NCBI RefSeq assembly: GCF_006345805.1 | Contig: NC_042997.1 | Location: 158,782,001 to 158,846,000, forward strand | Direction: 5' to 3' | DNA: 64,000 nt | Source of the DNA: Octopus sinensis | Taxonomy: Eukaryota | Part shown: positions 27,455-40,451 of the stretch, piece by piece | How the letters are laid out: the number at the start of each line of letters is the position of its first letter | Numbering within the stretch: the stretch's first letter is position 1 | Program-made: the position numbers and the translations under genes | The notes under the pieces: generated by a model | What the model was told of the DNA's origin: nothing | The model's database searches: none | Seen by the model: only the letters and a program-made list of their open reading frames with translations

Positions 27455-27630
27455 GGACGAGATCTCTGTTACTCTTCAAATGTTAAAGCTTACTACAAGC
27501 AGGAAACTCATGGGCAGGGAAAGTATTCCAGAGAGCTAACATTATTGAAAATGTGATTTGTGAGAGGCTTGAGTGACGTACACTGTGTAAATGACGAATG
27601 GAGGAGAGACGTGCGAATCGGGGGGGATCA
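27455..27630 (-). mobile_element. CR1/Jockey-like LINE 3' fragment
   Basis: The minus strand reads ..LALWNTFPAHEFPACSKL*HLK, matching the LWNSLP..VFP..Y.L..FK C-terminal motif. Confidence 0.5.
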
Positions 27631-29089
27631 TTGGGATCAGAACTTTAAAATTTAGATTTTGAAACACGTAGACACATTTTATAGTTGGTATGGAGACTAC
27701 AGTTATTTGGAGTGTTGCTTTGTGTCATAACGTTTTAACCTGAGACGAAGAAGAAATCAAAATTTTGACCGTCATCATAACCGCAAGAGCTGGAAATTTA
27801 ATTTCTGGAAGTGAATAGAAATTAGCTTGATATCATTGATGACTAAACTAAGATCCTCGATCCTCTACGTGGTAACTTAATCTGCTAGAAATAGCCGCCA
27901 AATTTCTTTTAAACCACACCCTACTCTTTCTCATAAATGAAAGTGGCGTTTGATATTATACATAGTCTGGAGAAACAGGATCCCATGGTTAAAGCTTAAA
28001 TGTCTCTTGTCATTAGTTAGTTCTTTCAAGACCAACTGGTGCCAATTAATACGACATTTATATTGCACTGTACCATCGCTTCCTTTGCCTCTGCGTATAC
28101 TATGTTTGCTAATATATGAAGTCCCTTAAGCTGTAAGTTTTAATCCTATCATATTTCATAGCTTCCATATCGATAAAATAGATATCAGTCCAAAGTGGTA
28201 GCTTGGAAAAGTACCTTGTGGTGTGTTCTCTACCTTTTTGTGTTCTGGGGCAGACTCGGACTTTATCCAGCTTAATACCATAACTCCGTCTTTGGGTACA
28301 TTCAGTGAAATTCAATCTGCAACAAGGATTTGGACCATGTCTCCAATTTCACAATAGCTTCTTTGTCCTCCGACCAGTCTGAGCGGCCTCACATAAATAA
28401 CGGATCGTGAGATCTGCTCTTTCGGACCAAGTGATGAAAGTATATACATACAAATAAAGAGATCGTGGTTCTAGATACATCACTTTATTTGTGTTGCTAA
28501 CTTTCTCTGAGAGACAGACACTAAGTTTATTCAATCTCCTTACCCAATTTTCCTATATAAATCTGAAGCCTTCATCCTATGTAAGAAATCAATACTGTTC
28601 GCACAAATATTCTGACTCTTGTTTTCTTTGTACTATTGGTGTCCTTGTTACAATTACTGTAGTCAGGAAACCACGGCATAATAATCAATACTTTGTTATA
28701 GAAAACGAAATTAGCACTTTTCTTACATGAACTGAAAAACTCAACTTATAACTTTCCTTAGATAAAAGGAAACAAATATAGAGGAGGAAGAGAATAAAAA
28801 GAAAAGGGAAAATTGATTACATTTCACTGCCAGCAGTTTCATAAGTATTACTAAGAAATACGAGTTTAATAAAAGTTTGCTTCATATATATTAAAGCTCA
28901 CAGTAGTGTTCTAGATAGATAATCATTATTACATTTAGAAGGTCAATGTTTATCCACTGTTTTTGTGTTGGTGGTGTTGTTGCTAAGCCCCAAGGAAACC
29001 CCGATGCAGCCGACTTATAGCCAAATCCATTCCGTCCATGACTTTCCAGCCTTTTTAGGTGTTTGTAAAACTACATTATTCTTTTTACA

Positions 29090-29420
29090 TATGTTCTGAA
29101 AATTTGGCTCTTATTTCTAGCCGATAAAAAGGGTCATTTAAGTGCTTCTCTTTTTGGTTCCTTGTGATCGAGCAGTCATATGCCATAGAGGCAGTTGGCT
29201 GAATGATGAGGAATGATGCAAAGATCCATCTTCCTAGTCGTACCATGTCTCCGCTATACAGCATACTCTGAACTTCAGTGATGAATCCAACTGGGCTGCT
29301 ATGTGACAGTTTGACCATGTCACACTTTTTGCACTGTCCAGTCTATTCCGGTTCTCCTGTAGATTCTAGTGTTGCAAAACAGCAGTGGCAACCTATCTTC
29401 ATAAAAAATGGCTATTTATT
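29090..29420 (-). mobile_element. RTE-like LINE 3' fragment
   Basis: Frameshifted GDMVRL-EDG...SQLPLWH...QGTKKR resembles GHVVRMED.R.PKQLLYGEL..G.R..GRPKKR. Confidence 0.4.
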
Positions 29421-29789
29421 TAGAACTATTGCAGTAGATGCTTCTTCTTCTTCTTCTTCTTCTTCTTCTTCTTCTTCTTCTTCTTCTTCTTCTTCTTCTT
29501 CTTCTTCTTCTTCAATCAGGACTCACGCCATTAGCCACAAAGAATAATCTCTAATTCGAGCCTACTCTAAGCTACTAAGAATTCGTGTGGCAACTAGAAG
29601 ATCCACCCACCACACGCAATAGACTGGCCATTGCACGGGCGCGAAAGCAACGTTGTTAACTTCATTCCGTAAACGTGGCTTTTAACGGGCGGAGAGCTGA
29701 ACCATCCTGGGGTACATAGGGTTCGCAATCAAGACTAGGGTCTGAAGGTTTACCACACCATAGTGAGTTACACCATGGTTCTTCTGCTT

Positions 29790-29990
29790 TGTGGCAGAAG
29801 TAGGAAGAAAGAGTGAGAGAAAGTTGTGGTGAAAGAGTACAGCGAGGTTCACCTACCCGCGCCGGAGTGTCGTGGAACTTAGCTGTTTTTGCTCAATAAA
29901 CACTCACAATGCCCGGTCTGCGAATTGAAACCGCGTTCTTACGACCGCGAGTCCGCTGACTTAATCACATGGGCCATTGTTTTCATCCAC
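29790..29990 (-). mobile_element. tRNA-derived SINE (family D), reverse copy
   Basis: Reverse complement of the 33655 head (…ttgtgagtgtttattgagc.aaaaca.ctaaag.tcca…). Confidence 0.75.
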
Positions 29991-30388
29991 TAGAAGCTGC
30001 TGCTGCTGCTACTACTACTATTACCAGCACAAGTACTAATACCACTAATACTACTGCTACTGCTGATATATTTTAAGGTGGTTGCGATGGTGATTCTAGT
30101 AGTAGAAGAAGGGGCAGAAGAAAAAGTGGAGGAGAGAGAGCATTAGTTGTAGCTTTTCCTTAGGAACAGATGAGAGCTATCATTAAAAAGATTCCAGCAA
30201 CGACGCCTTGCGACTACCCATATATTATGAACGAAATATAGGAGACGGAATTTTTTTTAATCGGTCGCAGCAGTGACAAAGGAAAGAACTTGCAGCTCGA
30301 GTGAGAAAATGCGACTCAGAAACTTTTCTTGAATGCACCGATGTATCTCTTTATTGGCCGTTGTTCATATTTTTCGACTACAAAATTT

Positions 30389-30826
30389 TGATCTTTTCGG
30401 TTAGAACGGCAGTTTTTAACATCATTTCTAGGTAACTAAAACATTTGAACTTCGTACATTGGTAGAATGTGTTTATAAAACATCTTTTTCTCTTGGCTTT
30501 ATTGAGAAAATTCTATAGTTTGTTAGATATTTGTTGTTGTTTTTTCTTCAATTTCTGCAATTTCTACCAATCAGTGACGTCTATTGAGTTAAAAAGCATT
30601 CGGTGCCGTATGAATAAGTCCCTCGTTTAAGAAACAGATTGGGTTTATTTACATTTGTGAAGAAAAAAAGATACCCTTCCCCCCGCCCCTAACCCTAAAC
30701 CTAACCTAACTAACCTTAACCTTAAAACAGATTGAAATGCAATAGATTGATTCTAGGGTCATAATTATGGGTGACAATTTCATATGACACCGCTAGAGAA
30801 AACTACCGTTCAAACCGAAAAGATCC
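30389..30826. mobile_element. MITE with about 28-bp TIRs, 8-bp TSD and internal telomere-like repeats (Merlin-like)
   Basis: TIR (g)gatcttttcggttagaacggcagtttt / aaaactaccgttcaaaccgaaaagatcc. TSD caaaattt at 30381-88 and 30827-34. ccctaaccctaaacctaacc at about 30687-30724. Confidence 0.85.
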
Positions 30827-31504
30827 CAAAATTTTGACAAAATATATGCAAATATATACCTTCGCAAATATTTATTATTTTTACTACGCAAAACAATAAT
30901 TTTAATTGTCGAATTACGAAAACAAACATTTTAAATCATGGGTTAATTTGAAAATAGATTTTGTTTTACAGAATTCTTCAAATCTTAATGTTGTTACAAG
31001 TAAAAACTCATAAAATATCTGTTTAAAACCCGTTAAACAGAAAAACTAGAGACAGTCACCGACTGAAATCGAACTAGGCACCCGGCGTAGGTCGGGCAGT
31101 TATGATATCAGAACAACGGAAATATTTGCCGACCTTTGACGCATGCTGATATACGCGCGCACACGCCTCCAACTCACTCAACCGCCCCCCCATATTCTCT
31201 CTCTCTTTCTCTCTCTCTCTCTGTCTATATATATATATATATCTTCCATACACACATATACACAGACTCTGTGTGTGTTATTTTGGAGTATGTTAGTGTT
31301 ACATTTTGAGAGTTTAGTTTCTGTAATGTCACTAGACAAAAAGCAGCCCCGTACTTAACATGACAATATAAAACTGGAACAGTTAAGTTTATATTCCCAT
31401 ATTTAATACAGAGCATCAAAAAATTAAACTAGAAAAAAATTAGGCTGTGAGACGAAAAAGAGAATATTAGTTAATAACTAACCTTATTTTGAGTCTTTTG
31501 CTAA

Positions 31505-32227
31505 ACACAAGGGACAACTCCAGATTTTTTTTTTTTCTGATATTGTTAGTTTTTTTTAGCGAAGAGTAAACTTCACCGTATTTGTCGAATAATGAAAGAA
31601 TCACTAAGTCAAGGTGCATTCCAGCAGTTTTGAGATTTTTTCCACACGAGACGTATTAATTTCGAAAAAGTATGAAACACTAATCAGCTAAAAGCTACAG
31701 GGAATAAGGTCTGGATTGTAGGGAGGGAAAACGACTAATTTGATACCTATCTCTGCCAACTAGTTGTTTACCAGGCTGGAATTATGGACCTGTTCATTGC
31801 TCTGGTTAAAGTGTCCCGGCCTTTTGTGACAAAATTTCTTCCTAAAAACCCTCAACATATCTACTTACAGGATGCTGACCGTCTGGCCAATGAGAACCTG
31901 ATGTATGCAGATAATGGCTTTGCTGTCGAAAATGGGGTTAACCGTGGGCTACCCGGTGGACTTGCTTTGTCAGGCTTCTTAGGATACCGTAAAACAGATG
32001 ATCGGTGCATACAAGTTAACCCATAAATAGTCTAATGCATTTTACAAGTTTCTGTAATGATTTTGTCCAGTTTAACACAAAACTTTATCGCATAGCGAGC
32101 TTCCAAATTGTCTCTATGTCCCGACTGCATTCTAGCTGTGACAAGCAGTGATTGGTAGGTTGTGTTCAAAGTGTTGTTAGAGCCGTCTCCTCCAGTCTAG
32201 AATGAGAAAAGTTAGGAGGTCCTCTTA
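31505..32227 (-). mobile_element. Internally deleted mariner relic (different subfamily from 25699)
   Basis: The minus strand, frameshifted, reads MQSGHRDNLEARYAIKFCVKL..TIYGLTCMHRSSVLR (HTH), then a deletion, then KKARQSKS..IFDSK..GQTV..FRKKF..KRP..VHNS..LAEIGIK..PPYNPDLIPCSF..QKLL. Confidence 0.8.
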
Positions 32228-32239
32228 TTAAATATATGT

Positions 32240-32398
32240 GGCGCAGGAGTGGCTGTATGGTAAGTAGCTTGCTTACCAACCACATGGTCCGGGCTCAGTC
32301 CCACTGCGTGGCACCTTGGGCAAGTGTCTTCTACTATAGCTTCAGGCTGACCAAAGCCTTGTGAGTGGATTTGGTAGACGGAAACTGAAAGAAGCCCG

Positions 32399-32437
<39 letters not shown>

Positions 32438-32670
32438 TATGTGTGTGTGTGTATATGTTTGTGTGTCTGTGTTTGTCCCCCCACCATCGCTTGACAACTG
32501 ATGCTGCTGTGTTTACGTCCCCGTAACTTAGCGGTTCGGCAAAAGAGACCGATAGAATAAGTACTGGGCTTACAAAGAATAAGTCCTGGGGTCGATTTGC
32601 TTGACTAAAGGTGGTGTTCCAGCATGGCCGCAGTAAAATGACCGAAACTAGTAAAAGAGTAAAGAGTAAT
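32240..32670 (+). mobile_element. CORE-type SINE (family B) with internal (TA)n
   Basis: Same structure as 21034-21428. Its internal (TA)n is the left breakpoint of the duplication. Confidence 0.9.
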
Positions 32671-33654
32671 GATATACTAAAATTACAATAATCTAGGAAG
32701 GTTTTGACAGCCTCTCCTAAACGGGTTTCAAAACATCTGGAATGCACTTCATAGATGTACAATACTCTACACTTGTAGCACACAAGAGAATTATTCTGAT
32801 AATGAAGAAGCCATCCACTTGAAAAGAAATGCAGTTAACACATTTAATGCAGCGAGCAACACTTTATAAATTTTATTGACTGTTCAGAACGATAATTTAA
32901 AATTGTTTCTATTTCCAGCCTAAAATTATTTAGAGTTTGGTATTTAAGACCAAAATAGCTGGGCCGATCTTTAATTAGCTATAATAAACCACTCTCCAGA
33001 TACAATATTTTATCTTTTACGTTTTTTCTGTCATTGAACTGAGACCATACTGGAGCTTTGCCTTGAAACATTTTAGTCGAACGAATCGACTCCAGTACTT
33101 TTAATTTATTTTAAACTTATCTATCGCTATTTTTTTCCGAACTGCTAAGTTACGGCGGTGCAAACACACCAACGTCAGTTGTCACTCAGTGCTATGACAA
33201 ACACACGTGTACGCGTACATATGTGTATATATGTAATATATGGTATAATTGTAAACAGGGTAAATTTTAGCCATTTCCCCGCAGACTGAAAAAAAAAAAT
33301 TATGAACAACTTTAATCGATTTTCGAACCTTATTGTGTTCTCACCGGAGGCATCTACACCATTCTGACATTCTCTAGAGAAATAAGCGACCAAACTGTTT
33401 ATATACGCAACAAATGCAACAGTTACTCGATGAAGGAATCTCTAATTTGCATAGCGAAAGTGTTTAACACTATAAATACCAGCGGCCTGTCAACAGGATC
33501 TTAGTCCACACAGTATCAAGGTATGATATAATAGCTATCATAGATACATTCATATACGCGTACACACACACACACAACACACACACACACACACACACAC
33601 ATTTATAGATTTAAAACTAATTGTTTTTCTCATATATATATGTAGGGTGGGGGT

Positions 33655-34034
33655 GGAGGCGCAATGGTCCAGTGGTTAGGGCAGCGAACTCGCGGTCATA
33701 GGATCGTGGTTTCGATTCCCAGACCGGGCGTTGTGAGTGTTTATTGAGCGAAAACACCTAAAGCTCCATGAGGCTCCGGCAGGGGCTGGTGGAGAACCCT
33801 ACTGTACTCTTCACCATAACTTCCGTCACTCTTTCTTCCTGTTTCTGCTGTACCTGTATTTCAAAAGAGCCAACCTTGTCACACTCTGTGTCATGCTGAA
33901 TCTCCCCAAGAACTACGCTAAGGATACACGTATCTGTGGATTGCTGAACCACTTGCACGTTAATTTCACGAGGAGGCTGTTCCGTTGATTGGATCAACTT
34001 GAATCCACGTCGCCGTAACCGACCGAGTACCGTG

Positions 34035-34035
<1 letters not shown>
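33655..34035 (+). mobile_element. tRNA-derived SINE (family D)
   Basis: A box TGGTCCAGTGG and B box GGTTTCGATTCC. Duplicated at 35323-35705. Confidence 0.85.
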
Positions 34036-34081
<46 letters not shown>

Positions 34082-35217
34082 ATATGCATATGTGTGTGTG
34101 TGTATATGTTTGTGTGTCTGTGTTTGTCCCCCCACCATCGCTTGACAACTGATGCTGCTGTGTTTACGTCCCCGTAACTTAGCGGTTCGGCAAAAGAGAC
34201 CGATAGAATAAGTACTGGGCTTACAAAGAATAAGTCCTGGGGTCGATTTGCTTGACTAAAGGTGGTGTTCCAGCATGGCCGCAGTAAAATGACCGAAACT
34301 AGTAAAAGAGTAAAGAGTAATGATATACTAAAATTACAATAATCTAGGAAGGTTTTGACAGCCTCTCCTAAAAGGGTTTCAAAACATCTGGAATGCACTT
34401 CATAGATGTACAATACTCTACACTTGTAGCACACAAGAGAATTATTCAGATAATGAAGAAGCCATCCACTTGAAAAGAAATGCAGTTAACACATTTAATG
34501 CAGCGAGCAACACTTTATAAATTTTATTGACTGTTCAGAACGATAATTTAAAATTGTTTCTATTTCCAGCCTAAAATTATTTAGAGTTTGGTATTTAAGA
34601 CCAAAATAGCTGGGCCGATCTTTAATTAGCTATAATAAACCACTCTCCAGATACAATTTGTTATCTTTTACGTTTTTTCTGTCATTGAACTGAGACCATA
34701 CTGGAGCTTTGCCTTGAAACATTTTAGTCGAACGAATCGACTCCAGTACTTTTAATTTATTTTAAACTTATCTATCGCTATTTTTTTCCGAACTGCTAAG
34801 TTACGGCGGTGCAAACACACCAACGTCAGTTGTCACTCAGTGCTATGACAAACACACGTGTACGCGTACATATGTGTATATATGTAATATATGGTATAAT
34901 TGTAAACAGGGTAAATTTTAGCCATTTCCCCGCAGACTGAAAAAAAAAAATTATGAACAACTTTAATCGATTTTCGAACCTTATTGTGTTCTCACCGGAG
35001 GCATCTACACCATTCTGACATTCTCTAGAGAAATAAGCGACCAAACTGTTTATATACGCAACAAATGCAACAGTTACTCGATGAAGGAATCTCTAATTTG
35101 CATAGCGAAAGTGTTTAACACTATAAATACCAGCGGCCTGTCAACAGGATCTTAGTCCACACAGTATCAAGGTATGATATAATAGCTATCATAGATACAT
35201 TCATATACGCGTACACA

Positions 35218-35270
<53 letters not shown>

Positions 35271-35322
35271 TTATAGATTTAAAACTAATTGTTTTTCTCA
35301 TATATATATGTAGGGTGGGGGT

Positions 35323-35703
35323 GGAGGCGCAATGGTCCAGTGGTTAGGGCAGCGAACTCGCGGTCATAGGATCGTGGTTTCGATTCCCAGACCGGGCGTT
35401 GTGAGTGTTTATTGAGCGAAAACACCTAAAGCTCCATGAGGCTCCGGCAGGGGCTGGTGGAGAACCCTACTGTACTCTTCACCATAACTTTCCGTCACTC
35501 TTTCTTCCTGTTTCTGCTGTACCTGTATTTCAAAAGAGCCAACCTTGTCACACTCTGTGTCATGCTGAATCTCCCCAAGAACTACGCTAAGGATACACGT
35601 ATCTGTGGATTGCTGAACCACTTGCACGTTAATTTCACGAGGAGGCTGTTCCGTTGATTGGATCAACTTGAATCCACGTCGCCGTAACCGACCGAGTACC
35701 GTG

Positions 35704-35705
<2 letters not shown>
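35323..35705 (+). mobile_element. Family D SINE, duplicate copy
   Basis: Part of the tandem duplication. Confidence 0.85.
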
Positions 35706-35754
<49 letters not shown>

Positions 35755-35759
<5 letters not shown>

Positions 35760-36174
35760 GAAACGGCAGTTTGTCTGTGTGTCTGTCAGGTTGTACCCTC
35801 ACTCTGACCACGGCTTTCAACCGATTCTGATGAAACTTGACACACATACAACCCAATGTCATAATTCAAAACTGACGCAGCGAAAAGTTTGAAAAGTTCC
35901 CCCAGTTCTGAAAAAATCGATAAATTCGACATGGGGTCGAGAATCTAAGCTTTTTATATGCAACACATTTTCTGTCTAGGGGACACAACTCGACCTTTTT
36001 ATCGCCCAAAGGGACAGCTAGGAACATCGTATACACAGAAGTATTCGAGTGAAGAGAAGACATTGCAACCTACACATGCGCCTTCGTTCCCTAGAGAGAA
36101 AGGACCCGATTGGGATTAGCCGTTGCCTACTAGGGGCTCTTACATACCCGGGCAATGCCGGACTATGCTGCTAG
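35755..36174 (+). mobile_element. Non-autonomous Helitron
   Basis: The 5' end lies in (TA)n, followed by gtttgtctgtgtgtctgtc..caaccgattctgatgaaactt. The 3' end has hairpin cccgggcaatgccgg (36147-61) and CTAG|T (36171-75). Confidence 0.7.
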
Positions 36175-36619
36175 TATATACATATATATATATAACAGCT
36201 TTTCGCTCAGTTTCCGTTTTGCAGTCGTAGTTAGAAATATTGGTCAACGGAAGGGGAAAATTGATGTCACCCAAATTTCCGTACAGTTGAATCGAACCAT
36301 TATCACTTGCTTTAAAGTGAGTGTCTTCAGTACATTCCCTTAACAGCTCATATAGGAAATATGGAAATATGACTGGAACAAATACCCGTTGTAAAGGTTT
36401 CTTAAAGTGTACTTCCTAGTCTCAAAGAAGCAATTATTTTACATATGGGTCTATTAATATTTTATGACAGAGATCATTTATTTCGAGAATGAAGAAATCG
36501 TGTAAAAAATATGTCTGATATATTCGGAAATGGTTTACATGTAAAACATTGTTTGCAATAAGAAAACAGTTTTATCAGCTGTTTCAAAGGCAAGATGTAT
36601 CTGCAGCAGTAAATATATG

Positions 36620-37048
36620 GGATCTTTTCGATTTGAACGGCAGTTTTTAACATAATTTCTAGGTAACTAAAAAATGTTAAACTTCGTATACTGGTAGAAT
36701 GTGTTTATAAAACATCTTTTTCTCTTGGCTTTATTGAGAAAATTCTATAGTTTGTAAGATATTTGTTGTTGTTTTTTCTTCAATTTCTGCAATTTCAACC
36801 AATCACTGACGTCTATTGAGATAAAAAACATTCTGTACCGTATGAATATGTCCCTCGTTTAAGAAACAGATTGGGTTTATTTACATTTGTGAAGAAAAAA
36901 AAGGTACCCTTCCCTACACCCCTAATCCTAACTAACCCTAACCCTAAAACAGATTGAAATGCAATAGATCGATACTAGGGTCATAATTATGGGTGACAAT
37001 TTCATATGTCACCGCTAGAAAAAACTGCCGTTCAAACCGGAAAGATCC
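36620..37048. mobile_element. Second copy of the Merlin-like telomere-repeat MITE
   Basis: TIRs ggatcttttcgatttgaacggcagttttt / aaaaactgccgttcaaaccggaaagatcc. Perfect 8-bp TSD aatatatg at 36612-19 and 37049-56. Confidence 0.9.
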
Positions 37049-38968
37049 AATATATGTCGTAGTTTAGCCTTGCATTGTCAATTAGACTCTTGTGAACAAC
37101 CAATTTTACAAGTGATGGTAAACACTGATATCCACTTTATTACAATTGTAATATCAAAACCATTCGACAAGCATATATTTATAAATTACAGACAGTCTTG
37201 CCGCCGTCCATTATTATCAATTCGTGTTCATCTCATATTTGTTTACTTCTGATACTTCTAGATACTGAATGAATTAGCATTTCTACATATCTAAAGTATT
37301 CCGAAAACTTATTTAAATGCTGTAAGTTATTTTTAATGCTATACTGAATTCGAATTTCAAAACTGACCTTGGAAATTGATTTACATAACCCCAAAACTAA
37401 ATATTTGCAATGTTTATTTAATATTATACAGTGACTGGCACCGAGTAGAGAAGCAACAGTTGCTTCTCACACCCACGCTCTTCTAGTTTTCTGTCTATGA
37501 ATAAATAGGAATTACTAGATAGCCAATACTCATTCAGCATAGCTGATATGATGTATTCGTTGATTTGTCTTTTAACTTCACCGTACTTCAATTGGTTTGT
37601 TCTGAACAAAAAATAAAGTTATTTTCATAAAGTATATCTTAAATGTTCCTTGATTAAATTTGTTCGATTAGGCTTCATTCATTGAAACCATTCAACATTA
37701 ATCATGTAATTAAGAAATATTTTGTTGTTTTCTTTATAAACAAGACCATACTTATTGTGTTGTGAAGTTAAGACTGAATCCTATTCAATCATTTTTATAT
37801 AAATCTGAGCAATATAAATGTTTAATGATTATTTTGGTTTTCTCACCATTAGATATAGCCTATACAGAATTATTTATTTAACTATATCTAAGAGTCATAC
37901 GGACTACAACACTTGATGTTTGTATAATCATATTGAAATATTTAGAATGAGATTAGTTGCTTATCATGCGATAAGACCAAATAGGTTAAGAAAACATTTG
38001 AATTCAACGCCCAAACTGATGTGGCATCGAATAATGAGCGGACAAAGCAATACACAGCACAGAAGAATCGTAGTGAGAAGAGGATAAATTTAACTTGTTT
38101 TACGTTAATGTTAGTTAAATCATATTAGAGGCGTTAATTTTGAAGTCTAGCAAATATCACCAAGAATCACTACAATAATAAGTTGCCCGAACCACACAAG
38201 GGCCACATCAGGTCGCTGAACATGTTAGAAACAGTTGCCAATTCCTTAACAAATCTCATTTATTGCTTTTTGTACTCCTAGAAACACAAAGCATGAAAAC
38301 GATGAAACAGTCATGACAATAATTCCTTTGATCGAGGCTACTTTAAAAATATTAACCGTATATTCAAGTACTTTTATTTCAAAGGTAGGAGAAAACTTTT
38401 TCGGCATAATATATATCTCAAAGAATCTATGAACATCTGTTGGTCATTTTATGAGAGCTAATATTATCCTACAGAACTAAATCACGAGAGACAGTCAACT
38501 TCATTCCAGAAATAAAAATTAGTCTATTCATCTACAAACATACTGGCTACACCTTACTTTACACTACATCCATTCTTTGAGTGGCTGCAACAAATACAGA
38601 TATCGTTTATACACTCTTCAGCAATAAAAGACATGAGCGACTATCCGTAAAACCATTTCATCGACGGCTGACGTCATTGATTTTATTTCTCAAGATGGAG
38701 CAATATTATAACGTAAAATATAGGAATGCATGCATAAATATACATAAATGGAGCTAAATATATGTCAAGACAAATAAATCCTTTTGGATTTATGAACTTA
38801 TTTACGTAAAGATATAAACCAATAGAAGTGGTTCAGACAATACAATGTTCAAATTTCCCCGGAGTCCACTTTACTTTTCCTCTGCCTATAAAATAAGCAA
38901 TGTCAAAGTACACCAGTCCAGTTTTTATATGGATAAGTGTGTGTATGCGAGTCTTTGTCCATCCCTCT

Positions 38969-39052
<84 letters not shown>

Positions 39053-40159
39053 TGCACGTATACGTACATACACTCATGTGGATATACACATCCATTAACA
39101 CCCAGACACACGCACACACATTACCTGTAGTATATTAAACGCATATATTAGAGAGCTCAATACATGTAAATATTTTATTTAAATTTCTTTCTTGTAAAAC
39201 GCGTATATACGTGTGCGCGGGTGCGGGTGTGTATGTGTGTGTACATGTGTGCATGTATGAGTGTGTGTGTGCGTGCGTGAAAAGCATCCACTTGAATTCA
39301 TTTGTTCGGTGAACGATTGCGGTTATTACGGCCGCATCAACCTCTCTTCCAAAACGTTTGTCGTCAGCCGGGGATCCAGACAACTGGCATTCGCTTGAAT
39401 ATGCACCTGTTAAACAGGCTGTGCCTTCGTTTGCTATTATTTTGAAAACCTTCCTCGAAAATTGTAGGAAGTTACAAAAATTTTCGACAATCATCTCTCG
39501 AGAGATATAGATTAGCACCAAGATTGTACAAGATTAAACCTATGACAAACGGTTACGTGAAAGCGGTGTTTTTCGGCATCAATATGATAAAATAAAATAA
39601 AATAAAATTATATCTTTATACATATATATATATATATATAGTGTCTTACCTACTGAAAATGAGGTAGAAAAATTACTGTCCGTATCACTCAAATGAAGGC
39701 AGAATATGTGTCCAATACTGCCACCGTTGTTTTCAAACAATTAGTCTGTCTTTTCCCTAATGCCAAGTCACTTTTAGAGCACTATTGATTCTGAAGTGTG
39801 TATTCCCTTCTCTCTCGATTTTTTCTATTGTGTATAGGCGAAGATCATTTCAATAAAACCACAATATATCTTAGAAACTTTATTTACTATCCTATTTTTC
39901 GTCTCTGTCGTTCGAATGCATGCTAAAGACAGCTGCAAGTCATTGATCTTAACTCATTCCGTTGTGTTTTCCCGTAACTCTCTCTCTCTCCGTGTCTCTC
40001 TCCTTCTTCTCCATATCTTTTTCTCCCCATCTCTCTCTCTATATATATACATGTATATATATATATATTATATATATATATATATATTATATATATATAT
40101 ATATAAATTTAAAGAAGACAAAATGGAGGCATATACATATAGAAAGGAGAGAGAGAGAA

Positions 40160-40199
40160 ATAGATAGATTGATAGATTGATAGATAGATAGATAGATAG

Positions 40200-40243
<44 letters not shown>

Positions 40244-40263
40244 AGATAGATAGATAGATAGAT
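40160..40263. repeat. (GATA)n microsatellite
   Basis: Direct reading. Confidence 0.95.
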
Positions 40264-40391
40264 AAGCTCAGCTAAACAGCGTTTCGGAGAGAAGAAGCCC
40301 AGGTCTTGACTAGATTAATGCATACACACACTCACACTCACACATAGTGATATATATATATATATAATATACAATGTATATATACATGTAT

Positions 40392-40448
<57 letters not shown>

Positions 40449-40451
<3 letters not shown>

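Larger units (their letters stand above)
32435..35710. repeat. Near-identical tandem duplication of about 1.65 kb (32435-34041 and 34086-35710)
   Basis: The copies differ only by a handful of substitutions/indels and by (CA)n length. (TA)n tracts lie at both ends and at the junction. Confidence 0.95.

Noticed and set aside
31784-32026. 80-aa plus-strand ORF with an acceptor-like ttacag|GAT
   Set aside because: It is the antisense of the mariner transposase relic at 31505-32227.
33655-33730. tRNA gene (and similar heads at 4279, 4758, 21034)
   Set aside because: A and B boxes are present but there is no closed cloverleaf or acceptor stem. Each continues into a SINE body.
37424-37609. Minus-strand ORF with a good acceptor (TNQLKYGEVKRQINEY...)
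   Set aside because: No clear donor and no recognisable homology. Joining it to the minus-strand MNKICFL|GTAAG at about 42375 creates a TGA stop.
39644-39660. Minus-strand cagtag|GTAAGA recursive-like site
   Set aside because: It is on the opposite strand to the only supported exon, and no minus-strand gene is established.
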